Source of the DNA: the human T2T-CHM13v2.0 reference genome, Homo sapiens
Length of the DNA: 64,000 nucleotides
NCBI RefSeq assembly: GCF_009914755.1
Contig: NC_060947.1
Reading direction: 5' to 3' (one strand)
Position 1 is the stretch's first letter. The number at the start of each line of letters is the position of its first letter. The notes under the pieces were generated by a model. It was not told the origin of the DNA, ran no database searches, and worked only from the letters and a program-made list of their open reading frames with translations. The position numbers and the translations under genes are program-made. Shown here piece by piece: positions 1 through 16,032 of this stretch.

Positions 1-2249
1 TAATCCAGTCTATCATGGTTGGACATTTGGGTTGGTTCCAAGTCTTTGCTATTGTGAGTAGTGCCGCAATAAGCATACGTAGGCATGTGTCTTTATAGCA
101 GCATGATTTATAGTCCTTTGGGTATATACCCAGTAATGGGATGGCTGGGGCAAATGGTATTTCTTGTTTAGATCCCTGAGGAATCACTACACTCTCTTCC
201 ACAATGGTTGAACTAGTTTACAGTCCCACCAACAGTGAAAAAGTGTTCCTATTTCTCCACATCCTCTCCAGCACCTGTTGTTTCCTGACTTTTTAATGAT
301 CGCCATTCTAACTGGTGTGAGATGATATCTCATTGTGGTTTTGATTTGCATTTCTCTGATGGCCAGTGATGATGAGCATTTTTTCATGTGTCTTTTGGCT
401 ACCTAAATGTCTTCTTTTGAGAAGTGTCTGTTCATATCCTTTGCCCACTTGTTGATGGTGTTGTTTGTTTTTTTTTCTTGTAAATTTGTTTGAGTTCTTT
501 GTAGATTCTGGATATTAGCCCTTTGTCAGATGAGTAGATTGCAAAAATTTTCTCCCATTCTGTAGGTTGCCTGTTCACTCTGATGGTAGTTTCTTTTGCT
601 GTGCAGAAGCTCTTTAGTTTAATTAGATCCCATTTGTCAATTTTGGCTTTTGTTGCCATTGCTTTTGGTGTTATAGTCATGAAGTCCTTGCCCATGCCTA
701 TGTCCTTAATGGTATTGCCTAGGCTTTCTTCTAGGGTTTTTATGGTTTTCAGTCTAACATTTAAGTCTTTAATCCATCTTGAATTAATTTTTGTATAAGG
801 TGTAAGGAAGGGATCCAGTTTCAGCTTTCTGCTTATGGTTAGCCAGTTTTTCCCTACACCATTTATTAAATAGGGAATCCTTTTCCCATTTCTTGTTGTT
901 GTCAAGTTTGTCAAAGATCAGGTGGTCAAAGATGAGAGGTTTTATTTCTGAGGCCTCTGTTCTGTTCCTTTGGTCTATATATCTGTTTTGGTACCAGTAC
1001 CATGCTCTTTTGGTTACCGTAGCCTTGTAATATAGTTTGAAGTCAGGTAGTGTGATGCCTCCAGCTTTGTTCTTCTTGCTTAAGATTGTCTTGGGTTTGT
1101 GGGCTCTTTATTGGTTCCATATTAACTTTAAAGTAGATTTTTCCAATTCTGTGAAGAAAGTCAATGGTATTTTGATGGGGATAGCCTTGAATCTATAAAT
1201 TACTTTGGGCAGTATGGCCATTTTCCTGATATTGATTGTTCCTATCCATGAGCATGGAATGTTCTTCCATTTCTTTGTGTCCTCTTTTATTTCCATGAGC
1301 AGTGGTTTGTAGTTCTCATAGAGGAGTTTCTTTACATCCCCCATAAGTTGTATTCCTAGGTATTTTATTCTCTTTGTAGCAATTGTGAATGGCAGTTCAC
1401 TCATGATTTGGCTCTTTTTTTGTCTGTTATTGGTGTATAGGAATGCTTGTGAGTTTTGCACATTGATTTTGTATCCTGAGACTTTGCTGAAGTTGCTTAT
1501 CAGCTTAAGGAGATTTTGGGCTGAGTCGATGGGGTTTTCTAAATATACAATCATGTCATCTACAAACAGGGACAATTTGACTTCCTCTTTTCCTATTTGA
1601 ATACCCTTTATTTCTTTCTCTTGCCTGATTGCCCTGGTCAGAACTTTCAACACTATGTTGAATAGGAGTGGTGAGAGAGGGCATCCTTTTCTTGTGCCAG
1701 TTTTCAAAGGGAATGTTTCCAGTTTTTGCCCATTCAGTATGATTTTGGCTGTGATTTTTTCATAAATACCTCTTATTATTTTGAGATACATTCCATCAAT
1801 ACCTAGTTTATTGAGAGTTTTTAGCATGAAGGGCTGTTGAATTTTGTTGAAGGCCTTTTCTTCATCTATTGAGATAATCATGTGGTTTTTGTCATTGGTT
1901 CTGTTTATGTGATGGATTGTGTTTATTGATTTGGGTATGTTGAACCAGCCTTGCATCCCAGGGATGAAACTGACTTGATCATGGTGGACAAGGTTTTTGA
2001 TGTGCTGCTGGCTTCGACTTGCCAGTGTTTAATTGAGGATTTTCACATTGATGTTCATCAGGGATATTGGACTCAAATTTTCTTTTTTGTGTGTGTCTCT
2101 GCTAGGTTTTGGTATCAGGTTGTTGCTGGACTCATAAAATGAGTTAGGGAGGATTCCCTCTTTTTCTATTGTCTGGAATAGTTTCAGAAGGAATGGTACC
2201 AGCTCCTCTTTGTGTTTCTGTTAGAATTTGGCTGTGAATCCATCTGGTC

Positions 2250-3235
2250 AGGGACCCACTTGAGGAGGCAGTCTGTCCCTTAGCAGATCTTGAACACTGT
2301 GCTGGGGGATCTGTTGCTCTCTTCAGAAGTGGCAGGTAGGAATATTTAAGTCTGCTGAAGCTGTGCCCTCATCCACCCCTTCCTCTAGGTGCTCTGTCCC
2401 ATGGAGATGGGAGTTTTTTCTATAAGCTCCTGACTAGGGATGCCGCCTTTCTTTCAGAGATGTCTTGCCCAGAGAGGAGCAATCTAGAAATGCAGTCTGG
2501 CTACAGCAGCTTTGCTGAGCTGTCGTGGGCTCTGCCCAGTTTGAACTTCCTGGTGGCTTTGTTTACACTATGATGGGAAAACAGCCTACTCAAGCCTCAA
2601 TAATGGTGGATGCCCCTCCCCCTACCAAGCTCAAGTGTCCCAGGTTGACTTCAGACTACTTTACTGGCAGCAAGAATTTCAAGCCAGTGGATCTTATCTT
2701 GCTGGGCTCCATGGGGTTGGGATCCCCTGAGCTAGACCACTTGGCTCCCTGGCTTCAACCCCTTTTCCAGGGGAGTGAATGGTTCTGTCTCGCTGGCATT
2801 CCAGGCACCACTAGGGTATGTAGAAAAACTCCTGCAGCTAGCTCAGTGTCTGCCCAAATGGCCCCCCACTTTTGTGCTTGAAATCCAGGGCCCTGGTGGC
2901 ATAGGCATCCGAGGGAATCTCCTGGTCTGCAGGTTGTGAAGACTGTGGGAAAAGTGTAGTACCTGGGCCAGAGTGCACCATTCCTCATGTCATAGTCCAT
3001 CATGGCTTCCCTTGGCTAAGGGAGAGAGTTCCCCAACCCCTTGCCTTTCCTGGGTGAGGCAATGCCTCAGGCTGCTTCAACTCGCCCTCCATGGGCTACA
3101 CCCACAGTCTAACCAGTCCCAGTGAGATTAGCTGGGTACCTCAGTTGGAAATGCAAAAATCACCCCCCTTCTGCATTGATCTCGCTGGGAGCTGCAGACC
3201 TGAGCTGTTCCTATTCAGCCATCTTGCCCACGACG
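2250..3235 (-). promoter_or_regulatory. L1 5' UTR internal promoter (sense and antisense) with YY1 site
   Basis: GC-richer UTR sequence. GCCATCTTG at 3218-3226 is CAAGATGGC on the minus strand, the known L1 YY1 site. Activity is not shown by sequence. Confidence 0.7.
2603..2881 (+). CDS. L1 ORF0-like antisense ORF (92 aa from ATG 2603; frame also open upstream to 2525)
   Basis: MVDAPPPTKL...LTSDYFTGS resembles the ORF0 N-terminus MAGAPPPASL...LISDCCAS. It sits in the 5' UTR, antisense to the L1, in a strong Kozak context (ataATGg). Confidence 0.5.
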   Translation: MVDAPPPTKLKCPRLTSDYFTGSKNFKPVDLILLGSMGLGSPELDHLAPWLQPLFQGSEWFCLAGIPGTTRVCRKTPAASSVSAQMAPHFCA

Positions 3236-3309
3236 CACCAGAATTCTTAATATAATACTGCAGGTAATAATTTTCAAAATACGTTATTTATTTATCCAAA
3301 GACAATGTT

Positions 3310-4078
3310 AAAATATCCAGCAGATGTATATGCAAGCTGCTCAATATCACTAATCTTCAGGGAAATGCAAATCAAAACCACAATTAGATATCACCTCACA
3401 AACATTAGAATGGCTACTATTAAAAATGCCAAAGATAACGAGTGTTAGCGAGGATGTGGAGAAGAGGTAATCTTATTATTATTGGTGGAAATGTAATTAA
3501 TATAGTCAATACAGAAAACAATATGGAGGTTCCTTAAGAACCTCAATTAGAATTACCATATGGCCAGCACTTCCTCTTCTGAGTATACACTTGAAAAACT
3601 GAAGTCAGAACCTTATAAAGATCTGCAACTCCCATGTTTGATGCAGTATTATTCATAATAGCCAAGATATGAATACAACCTAAGTGTCTGTCAACAGATA
3701 AATAGCTGAAGGAGAATATATATATATATACAATAAAATATATATAAAATATGCAATAATACAATGAAATACCTATATTCAGTCTTAAAAAAATAAGATC
3801 CTGACACCTGCAACAATATTGCTGAAACCAGAGGATATGCTAAACGAAATAAGACAGAGAGAAAGAGAAAAATAATTATCTCACTTATTTGTGAAATCCA
3901 ATAAAATAAACAAATTCATAGAAACTGAGAGTACAAAGGTGATTACAAGAGTTAGGGATGGTGGGGGGAATGAAAAGTAGGTCAAAGGGTACAAAGTTAT
4001 GGTTACATAGGATAAGACTAGAGCTCTAATGCATAGCATGAGGACTATAGTTGATAATATTCTATTGTAGCCTAAAAA
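3310..4078 (+). mobile_element. Old L1MA-type fragment (ORF2 end and 3' UTR)
   Basis: GGAAATGCAAATCAAAACCACAA motif followed by L1MA-like 3' UTR (AAAGGGTACAAAGTT...GACTATAGTTGATAATA). Confidence 0.8.
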
Positions 4079-6458
4079 ATGTCCATTGTACCATCATCGA
4101 ATTGTGAATATAGAGTTGTTCAGAGTACTTCTTTAATATCCATTTAATGTCAACGTAATTAATAGTGATGACCTTTCTTTGATTATTGATTTTGATAATT
4201 TATGTCTTCTCTCTCTTTTTCTTGGTTAACTGGTTAGAAATTTGCAACTTTTGTCATTCTTTTTCAAAGAACAAGCCTTTGGTTTTACTGGCTTTTCTAT
4301 TGTTTCCTAGTTTTTATTTTATGGATTTCTGCTTGAATTTGTAGTAAATTTTTTTTTCAGCTCGCTTTAGGTTTCATTTGTTCTTCTTGTAGTTTCCTGA
4401 GATGGAAGCTTAGGTAATTGATTTCTAAATCCTTTTTACGAATATATCCTTTTTAAATTAGTAGCATTTTTAGAGCAGTTTTAGGTTTACAGAAAAATTG
4501 AGCTGAAAATTCAAACGGTTTATATACCCTGTCACCATCACCGTCAACACTAATAATTTTTTCTACTTATGATATCTTTCCTTAGGGTAGTACATTTGTT
4601 ACAATTAATGAACCAATATTGATACACTATAATTATTACTGAAGTCCATACTTTCCAGTAGGGTTCACTCTTGTTGCTGTACATTCTGCAGGTTTTCACA
4701 AATGTATAATCACATTTATTCACCATTACAATGTTATACAGAATAGTGTCACTGCGCTAAAAATCCCTCATGTTCCACCTATTCATCCGGCACCCCACCC
4801 TTTAACCCCTGGTAATCACTGGTCATTTTACTTTCTTTGTGATTTGCCTTTTCTGGAATGTCATAGAGATGATATCATATAGAATGTGCCCTTTGCAGGT
4901 TGGCTTTTTTTCATTCAACAATGTGTATTTAAGTTACTGCTATGCATTTTGTGTTTCGATAATTCACTTATTTTTATACATAAATAATATTCTATTGTAT
5001 GAATATACCACAGTTTGTTTATCCATACCCCTATGGAATAACATCTTGCTTGCTTCCAAGTTTTGGCCACTGTAAGTATTCATGTGCAGGTCTATCTATG
5101 GGTATGACTTTTCAATCATTCGGGTAAACACCAAAAAACATGATTGTTAGACCATATTATAAGAGTATATTTAGTTTTGTAAAAGGATGCCTAACTGTCT
5201 TTCATTGTTGCTGCATTATTTTATATTTCTACTGACAGTGAATAAGTGTTTCTGTTGTTCCACATCTTCCAAATGTTGCACCATTTGGTGTTGTCAGTGT
5301 TTTAGCTTTTAGCTACTTGGTGTGTAGCGGTATCTCATTTTTTCAAATCGCAGTCCTCTAATGACATATTATATGGAGCATTTTTATATTTACTTGTTGT
5401 CTCTGTATTTTCCTTGGTGAGATGTCTGTTTTTAAATTGGGTTAATTTTTTTCTTAATGTTGAGGTTTAAAATTTCTTTGTATATTTTGAGTACCCATCC
5501 TTTATCAGATATGATTTTTACAAATATTTGTCCCAGTGTGTATCCTATTGTTGCATTCTCTTAATAGTGCATTTTGAAGAGCAGAAGTTTTTAATCTTAA
5601 TTAAGTCCAACTTACTAATATTCTCTTTCACATATCGTACTTTTAGAGCTCTATCTAAAAAGTCATTGCTGAGCACAACATCATCTATATCTCTTAATTT
5701 TGAAATTAAAGGCTTTCCCACTAAGATCAGGACAAGCCAATGATATCCCCTCTCACCATTCATACTCATAATTGTACTGGAACTCCTAGCTAATTCAATA
5801 AGATGAGAGTTTCAACAATAAATCTGATGTACTCTCTAGGTTTTCCAGATGTTCCTTCGTGTTGAAATTGTTCCCTTTTATTTCTAATTTGCTTTATTTC
5901 TAGTTATCATGAAGGAGTGATGTATTTTATCAAATGCTTTCTCTGCATCTATTGATATGATCTTGTGATTTTTCTTCTTTAGTTTATTGATGTGATAGAT
6001 TATATTAATTGATTTCGAATGTTGAACAATATTTGCATACCTGGAATAAATCTCACTTGGTTATTGTGTATAATTCTTTTTATATGTGGTTAAATTTCAA
6101 TTACTGGTATTTAGTTGAGAATGTTTGCATTCATATTCATAAGAGATATTGATCTGTAGTTTATTTTTCTTGTAATGTCATTGTCTGGTCTAGGTATTCA
6201 AGTAATGCTAGCTTCATTGAATGAGTTAGGAAGTATTCTCTTTGCTCTTTTTACTTTCTGGAAGATATTGTAGAAAATTAGTGTTTATTCTTCCTTAAAT
6301 GTTTATTAGAATTTACCAGTGAATCAATGTGGGTCTAGTGCTTTCTGTTTTAGAAGGTTATTAATTATGGATTTAAATTATTTAATAGATATAGGTCTGT
6401 TCAGATTATCTTTTTATTTTTTTTGAATCTTAGTAGATTGCTTCTTTCAAAGAATTGA

Positions 6459-9230
<2,772 letters not shown>

Positions 9231-10699
9231 AAAGAATTGATCCATTTTACATAGGTTATTGAATTTGTGGGCATAGAATTGTTCACAATGTTTCTTTATT
9301 ATGTTTTTTATGATTAGTAGTGATAAACTATCTTTTATTCTTAATATTAGTAATTTGTGTCTCCTCTTTATTAATTAGTCTGGCTAGTTTACAAATTTTA
9401 TAGATGTTGTCAAAGAACCATCTTTTGTCTTTATTAATTTTAATTCTCTTGATTTCCTATTTTCAATGTTAGTAATTCTGCTCCAGTTTTTAATGGATTT
9501 AATGTGTTCTCTTTTTTCTAGTTTTTTAAATGGAAGCTTAGATTATTGATTTCGGATCTGTCTTATTTTCTATTACATGCATTCAATGGTATAAGTCTTG
9601 TTTAAGCCCTTCTTTTACTCATTCTGCAAATTTTAATAAGTTTCATTTATATTTGTTTTATTGAATATATTTTACAATATCTTTTGAGATGTATTATTTG
9701 ACCCCTGTATTACTTAAAAGTGTGTTAACTCTCCAAGTACTTAGGAATTTTCCAGGAATTTTTATCTTATTGGTTTGTAGTTTAATTCTATCATGGTGTG
9801 AGAGTCTAGTTTGTGTGATTTCTATTGTTTTATATTTCTTAAGGTGTATTTTGTGTCCTAAAGTATGATTTGTCTTGCTAAACATTCCTCATGTGCTAGC
9901 AAAAATAAGTATTCTGTTTTTTTTTCCACTGAAGGATTCCACAAATGTAAATTATGTCCAATTGAATGGATGCTGCACTTGAATTCAATTGTTTCTTACT
10001 GATTTTCTGCCTGTTGGATCTGTTAATTACTTAAAAAGGGGTACTGAAGCCTCTAACTAGATTAGTGAATATGTCTATTTCTCCTTTGAGTTATACCACA
10101 TTTTGCTTCATATATACTGATGCTCCCCTATTAGGTGCATTCACGTTTAGAAGTGTTATGTCTTCTTGTAGAACTGACCTTTCAAATAATTATTTTATAC
10201 CCCAATTTATCTCTGATAAATTTTCTTATCTGAACAATGCTCTGTTTTAAACCAATACAGCCACTTTCACTCTTTTCTTATTAGGGTTAGCATAGTATGT
10301 ATGTCTCCATATCTTCACATTTAATCTGCCTGTGCCTTTATATTTTGAGGTTTTGTACACAACACAGAATGTTATCCTGTTTTTATCTACTCTGACAGTC
10401 TGTCTCTTTATTGTTGTATTTAGACCATTTACACTTAAAGTGATTCTTGATTATCAATGTATTATAGTCTGTCATATTTCTTACTGTTTTCAATTTTGTG
10501 CCTTTGTTTTTTGTTTCTTTTTTTTTCCCTTCTACTCATTTCACTCTTTTCTGGGTAAAATTGAAAACATTACGTGCTTTTATTTTCTCTCCTCTCTTAA
10601 CAAATAAATCATACTTCCTTTAAAATTACTTTTCTTAGTGGTTGCACTAGAATTTTTAATATCCATTAACAACTAATCCAAGTTATTTTCAACACTTTA

Positions 10700-11497
10700 A
10701 AGTGAGGCTCATTATGTGTTTATAAGGTGGAACTTGAACTCAAATAAGATTTGCAAGCCTTAGGGTTTAGTGTTGTTTTTCAATTTGGGTTTTGGACTTT
10801 CTTGGGACCCATTGCTCCTTTTTCCTTGCCTCTTTTTTTTTTTTTTTTTTTTTTTTTTGAATAGAAATGTCTATCCTATGCTTGTCCCACCATTGTATTT
10901 TGGAAGCATGTAAAATAAAAGCATTTTGTTTTAATTTTCCAGGTTCACAGCTAGAGAGAAGCTTGCCTTAGGATGACTTATGCCTTGATTTTCATCCATA
11001 TCCAATTTACATGAGACTTTAGACTTTGGAGTTGATGATAGAATGAGACTTTTGGAGCTATTGAGACAGGATGTAATATTTTGTACTTGAGAAGAACACA
11101 CGTTATGGCGGATCAGGGGATGGAATGCCCTGGTATTACATAAATGTTTGTCCCCTCAAAACCTCATGTTGAAATGTAATTGCCATTTCAACACTATGAA
11201 GAAGTGGAACCTTTAAGAGGTATTTAGGTCTTGAGGGCATCACACTTATAAGTGGATTAATGCCTTTATTGAGCAAGTAAGTTTGACCCCTCTTGTTTTC
11301 TCTCTCTCATCCTCTGTTTGCTTTCTGCCATGTGATATCTTTTGCCACGTTATGACAATATGAAGGCCATTGGCAGATGCTGGCACCTTGATTTTACACT
11401 TTCCAGCCTCTATAACTTTGAGCCAGTAAATTTCTGTTTATTATAAATTACTCTGTCTACAGAATTCTGTTATAAAAACACAAAACAAATTAAGACA
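10700..11497 (+). mobile_element. ERVL-MaLR element: 3' end of the internal region plus an MST/MLT1A-type 3' LTR (LTR ~11126-11497)
   Basis: MaLR-internal motifs (CCACCATTGTATTTTGGAAGCA, GACTTTGGAGTTGATG), a purine tract before the LTR, and an LTR ending ...AAATTAAGACA. Confidence 0.8.
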
Positions 11498-11626
11498 GGT
11501 TTCTATGGAAAAAATGCTGACCAAATTTTGCCCTCCCAAGACTGCCACCCTAGTTGTTTTTTTTTTTTTTTTCAACTCTCAAGCCAGTCTATGTTTAACC
11601 TCCAGTAACTCATCAAGATCACACTT

Positions 11627-12083
11627 TGTATTAGTCAGGTTTCCATAGAGAGACATAACTAAAAGGATATATATAGACATAACTAAAAGGATATATATAT
11701 AAAGGGGAGTTTGTTAAGTATTAACTTACACGATCACAAGGTCCTGCAATAGGCTGTCTGCAAGCTTGCGGAGGAAGGTGAGCCAGTTTGAGTCTGAAAA
11801 CTGAAGAACTTGGAGTTTGATGTTTGAGGGCAGGAAGCATCCAGCATGGGAGAAAGATGTAGACTGGGAGGCTAGGCCAGTCTGGCCTTTTCACGTTTTT
11901 CTGCTTGCTTTATATTCGTTGTCAGCTGATTTGATTGTGCCCATCAGATTAAGGGTGGGTCTGTCTTCCCCAGCCCACTGACTCAAATGTTAATCTCCTT
12001 TGGCAACACCCTCACAGACACACCCAGTATCAATACTTTGCATCCTTCAATCCAATCAAGTTGACACAGTATTAACCATCACA
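11627..12083 (-). mobile_element. MLT2A-type solo LTR (HERV-L)
   Basis: Runs TGTATTAGTCAGG...GCATCCTTCAATCCAATCAAGTTGACACAGTATTAACCATCACA, the reverse of the MLT2A start. Has a 24-bp tandem duplication at ~11651-11698. Confidence 0.9.
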
Positions 12084-13530
12084 CTATTTAAGTAATTCTA
12101 CTTGTTTATGGCTGTAGTGGTTTCTGATTTAGATAAGCCGATTTCAATTTATACATATCTTTCGATGTGCCTCCCTCTCCAAATCTCAAGGTAGTGGTTT
12201 TCCCTATGACCTCAGTTGTCTGGTGGTTCAAAACATGTTGTCACTTTTCAGTTTGTCCCACTATTTATTATAAAAACAGAAGTGACAACTTACAAATTTA
12301 CAAACTCTTCATGTGTCGGAGTTGAAATAGAAGTTAGGTGAAGCATTTCAAAAAATAGAATTTCCATTTCATGTGGTAAAAAATTGTGAGGTTTGCTATT
12401 AATGGTTTAATTGTGGTTTATCATGAAAGTAGTTTTAGTAAATAGGGTGAAACACCCATACATTACTCGGTTTTTCTCTGGTTTCAGAACTAATGCACCT
12501 ACAAACATTTTAAGTTTTTTTTTTCTAAATACTGAACTAATTTATATCTTAGCAACTAGCCCATGGCTCATCACATGGCATTTATTGAATATTTTCTATT
12601 AAACTATATAAATATTTAATTCAGATTTCCTTTATTTCATAGACATATTTTCATTAACTGTTAGATTGTCTTCAAAAATGTATTTTTGTAACTTGAATTT
12701 ACCTTCAACTAACTCACCCCATGAAGAGTTGAAAATGCCCCCTTTATATAAATCTTATGTTTTACATAAATTTCAGATATAAGTTTAGTATTAATCAGTT
12801 TACATGCATTTAACAGAACAGAGTTTTTCAATGGCCCAAAAATCATAAGAATGATGAAAAAGCGGAGGGGTGGAATTAACCAAGACGGTTTCCTAATTTA
12901 AAAATATTTTTGAAGGCTAGTGATGTCTACATCCTATTCCACCATGGATGATTTTTTGGAGCCCACTTGTAGCTACATTGAGAGAGGTACTTTCACTTAT
13001 TATTTTTTTTTTAATAATTGGTCAGTAAAGAAACCCTGTTATGCTTAGTGGTTGTTCACCTTAATGTCTTAAGCTGGGATATTGGTAATTTCTCCTCCAG
13101 AATGTGTCTGAATAAGTCTATTAATGACTTTGTCACTTTTATGTATAAATCATACAAAAATATTGAAGACATATGCAGAGCCAAATGATTGAGAATGCAT
13201 CTCATTGCAGATTTCAGCATAGCACAGATATTTCTGTTTATCACAATCCTTATTGTAAAATGACTATGCAAAAACCCTAGAAGAAACTATTTAGAAATGC
13301 AAATTTATGGAATAAAAAGGCAACAAAAAGTGTAGCAATAATCATAACAAGTATATTTCCCATTATCAGAGTTTAAAAACCAAAAATATATAAAAATGTA
13401 TTATATATAATGTGGATTCCTGATCTTTTTTCCATACTCTCTCCCCCACTGCTTTTCTTCCCTCTAAGATAAAGAACCTGTATTCGTAGTTGGTGGAGGT
13501 TGCAAGGACATCTTCATTATTAAAGTATAT

Positions 13531-13830
13531 ACAGGTCTCCAGCCCTTTGTTCTCAATTCTGTAACCAAAAATACTCTGAAAACAAAAATTTGGATTTTCT
13601 TTGTTTTAATAAGTGTGAATAAAAAATTGATTTGGTAGCAAAATCTAACATAAGTTGCCATTAATTTTTATTAAATATATTAATGAGCTTGGATAAATAT
13701 TTATGCATTTTGATTATAGAATTTTGCAACAGATCTCAGTGGAGAAGTTAAGTAATATACAATATATACTCTGTAAAGTTTTAAAAATCCAACAATAATC
13801 TACATTTTACATCTTTCTGACCCTAAGCGT
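13531..13830. mobile_element. Degenerate Tigger-family MITE (MER46C-like)
   Basis: TA-CAGGTCTCCAGCCCTTTG...CAAAAATACTCTGAAAAC start resembles MER46C; highly diverged. Confidence 0.5.
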
Positions 13831-14784
13831 TTTTTATTGTATTTTGTGAAAATTTTGATGTAATAATAGTCCTTTCCTTATGCTTTTAGAATTCATTTGA
13901 AATGGATGAGGTATTTCTTTAGTTTTTATGATATTTAGACATTAGATTAAATTTTATTCAATTTACATGTTGTCTTAGAATTTGGCAAAGTTTGAAACCT
14001 TATTAAAATAAGTACCTATATTTTCTACTGACCTAAAAACATGCCTCTTAGAATATTTTTACCTAGATAGAACTTCCTTCACTTTAACATGAACCCTATT
14101 TGAAACTTTTGGCTCCTAAATTGCTTCTCATCTGAAACAATATCCTACCCAGAACACAAAGTATTTTACATGAAATACAGCATAGCCCACTCTGCAGCCA
14201 TTACGATTGAGGCTGCAAAGATAGATCAGGAGACCAAACTTTCCTCTAATCATTTACCAATTTTATGAAAATCAGCTGTGCTTATACATCTTGTACTTGA
14301 GCTATCAGTATATACATAATTAGTAACTGTTTGATGCTGGAAAACTTATTTACATGAACGCTCAGAAGGAAATGATATTATTGCAGTATGATTTTCTGAG
14401 ACACGAACTGACAACATTTTGCCATAAGAATTAGGTGATGTTTTCTCAATGACAATTATCACCACAATTAATGATACTAACATGCCTTAAATGAATTTAT
14501 TACTATGGCAATGTCAAAATGACTTAAGGAAACACAATAAATTTTCTGTTCTAGAATCACCATAAAATCTATCTACTCTTTTAAAATTATATTTTGTCTT
14601 TAATAATTTTTAAGTCATATTTAAGCAAGAAGTTGCTTTGAACATAATGTAAGTACACTAATAAAAAGCATTTGCATAAGTTTTGTGTACGGGGGGATGT
14701 GATGGGAAACATAAGTAACACTGTTTTTGCATTTTTAAAATTCAATAAGTATATTCCAAGCATTTATGAACACTAATATTGACA

Positions 14785-16016
<1,232 letters not shown>

Positions 16017-16032
16017 CTATAAGTTGTTTTAT

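Larger units (their letters stand above)
1..3235 (-). mobile_element. L1PA-type LINE-1 (L1PA6-8-like 5' UTR and body) with a large internal deletion removing ORF1 and the endonuclease; 3' end lies outside the window
   Basis: Minus-strand ORF2 fragments at 187-387, 432-914 and 1108-1956 ([11 protein letters not shown] motif). The L1 5' terminus reads CAAGATGGCTGAATAGGAACAGCTC on the minus strand at ~3200-3226. ORF2 joins the 5' UTR directly at 2246-2249. Confidence 0.95.

Noticed and set aside
13297-13304. Octamer motif ATGCAAAT in the unique island
   Set aside because: A single 8-mer in AT-rich DNA that also occurs in most L1 copies here; uninformative alone.
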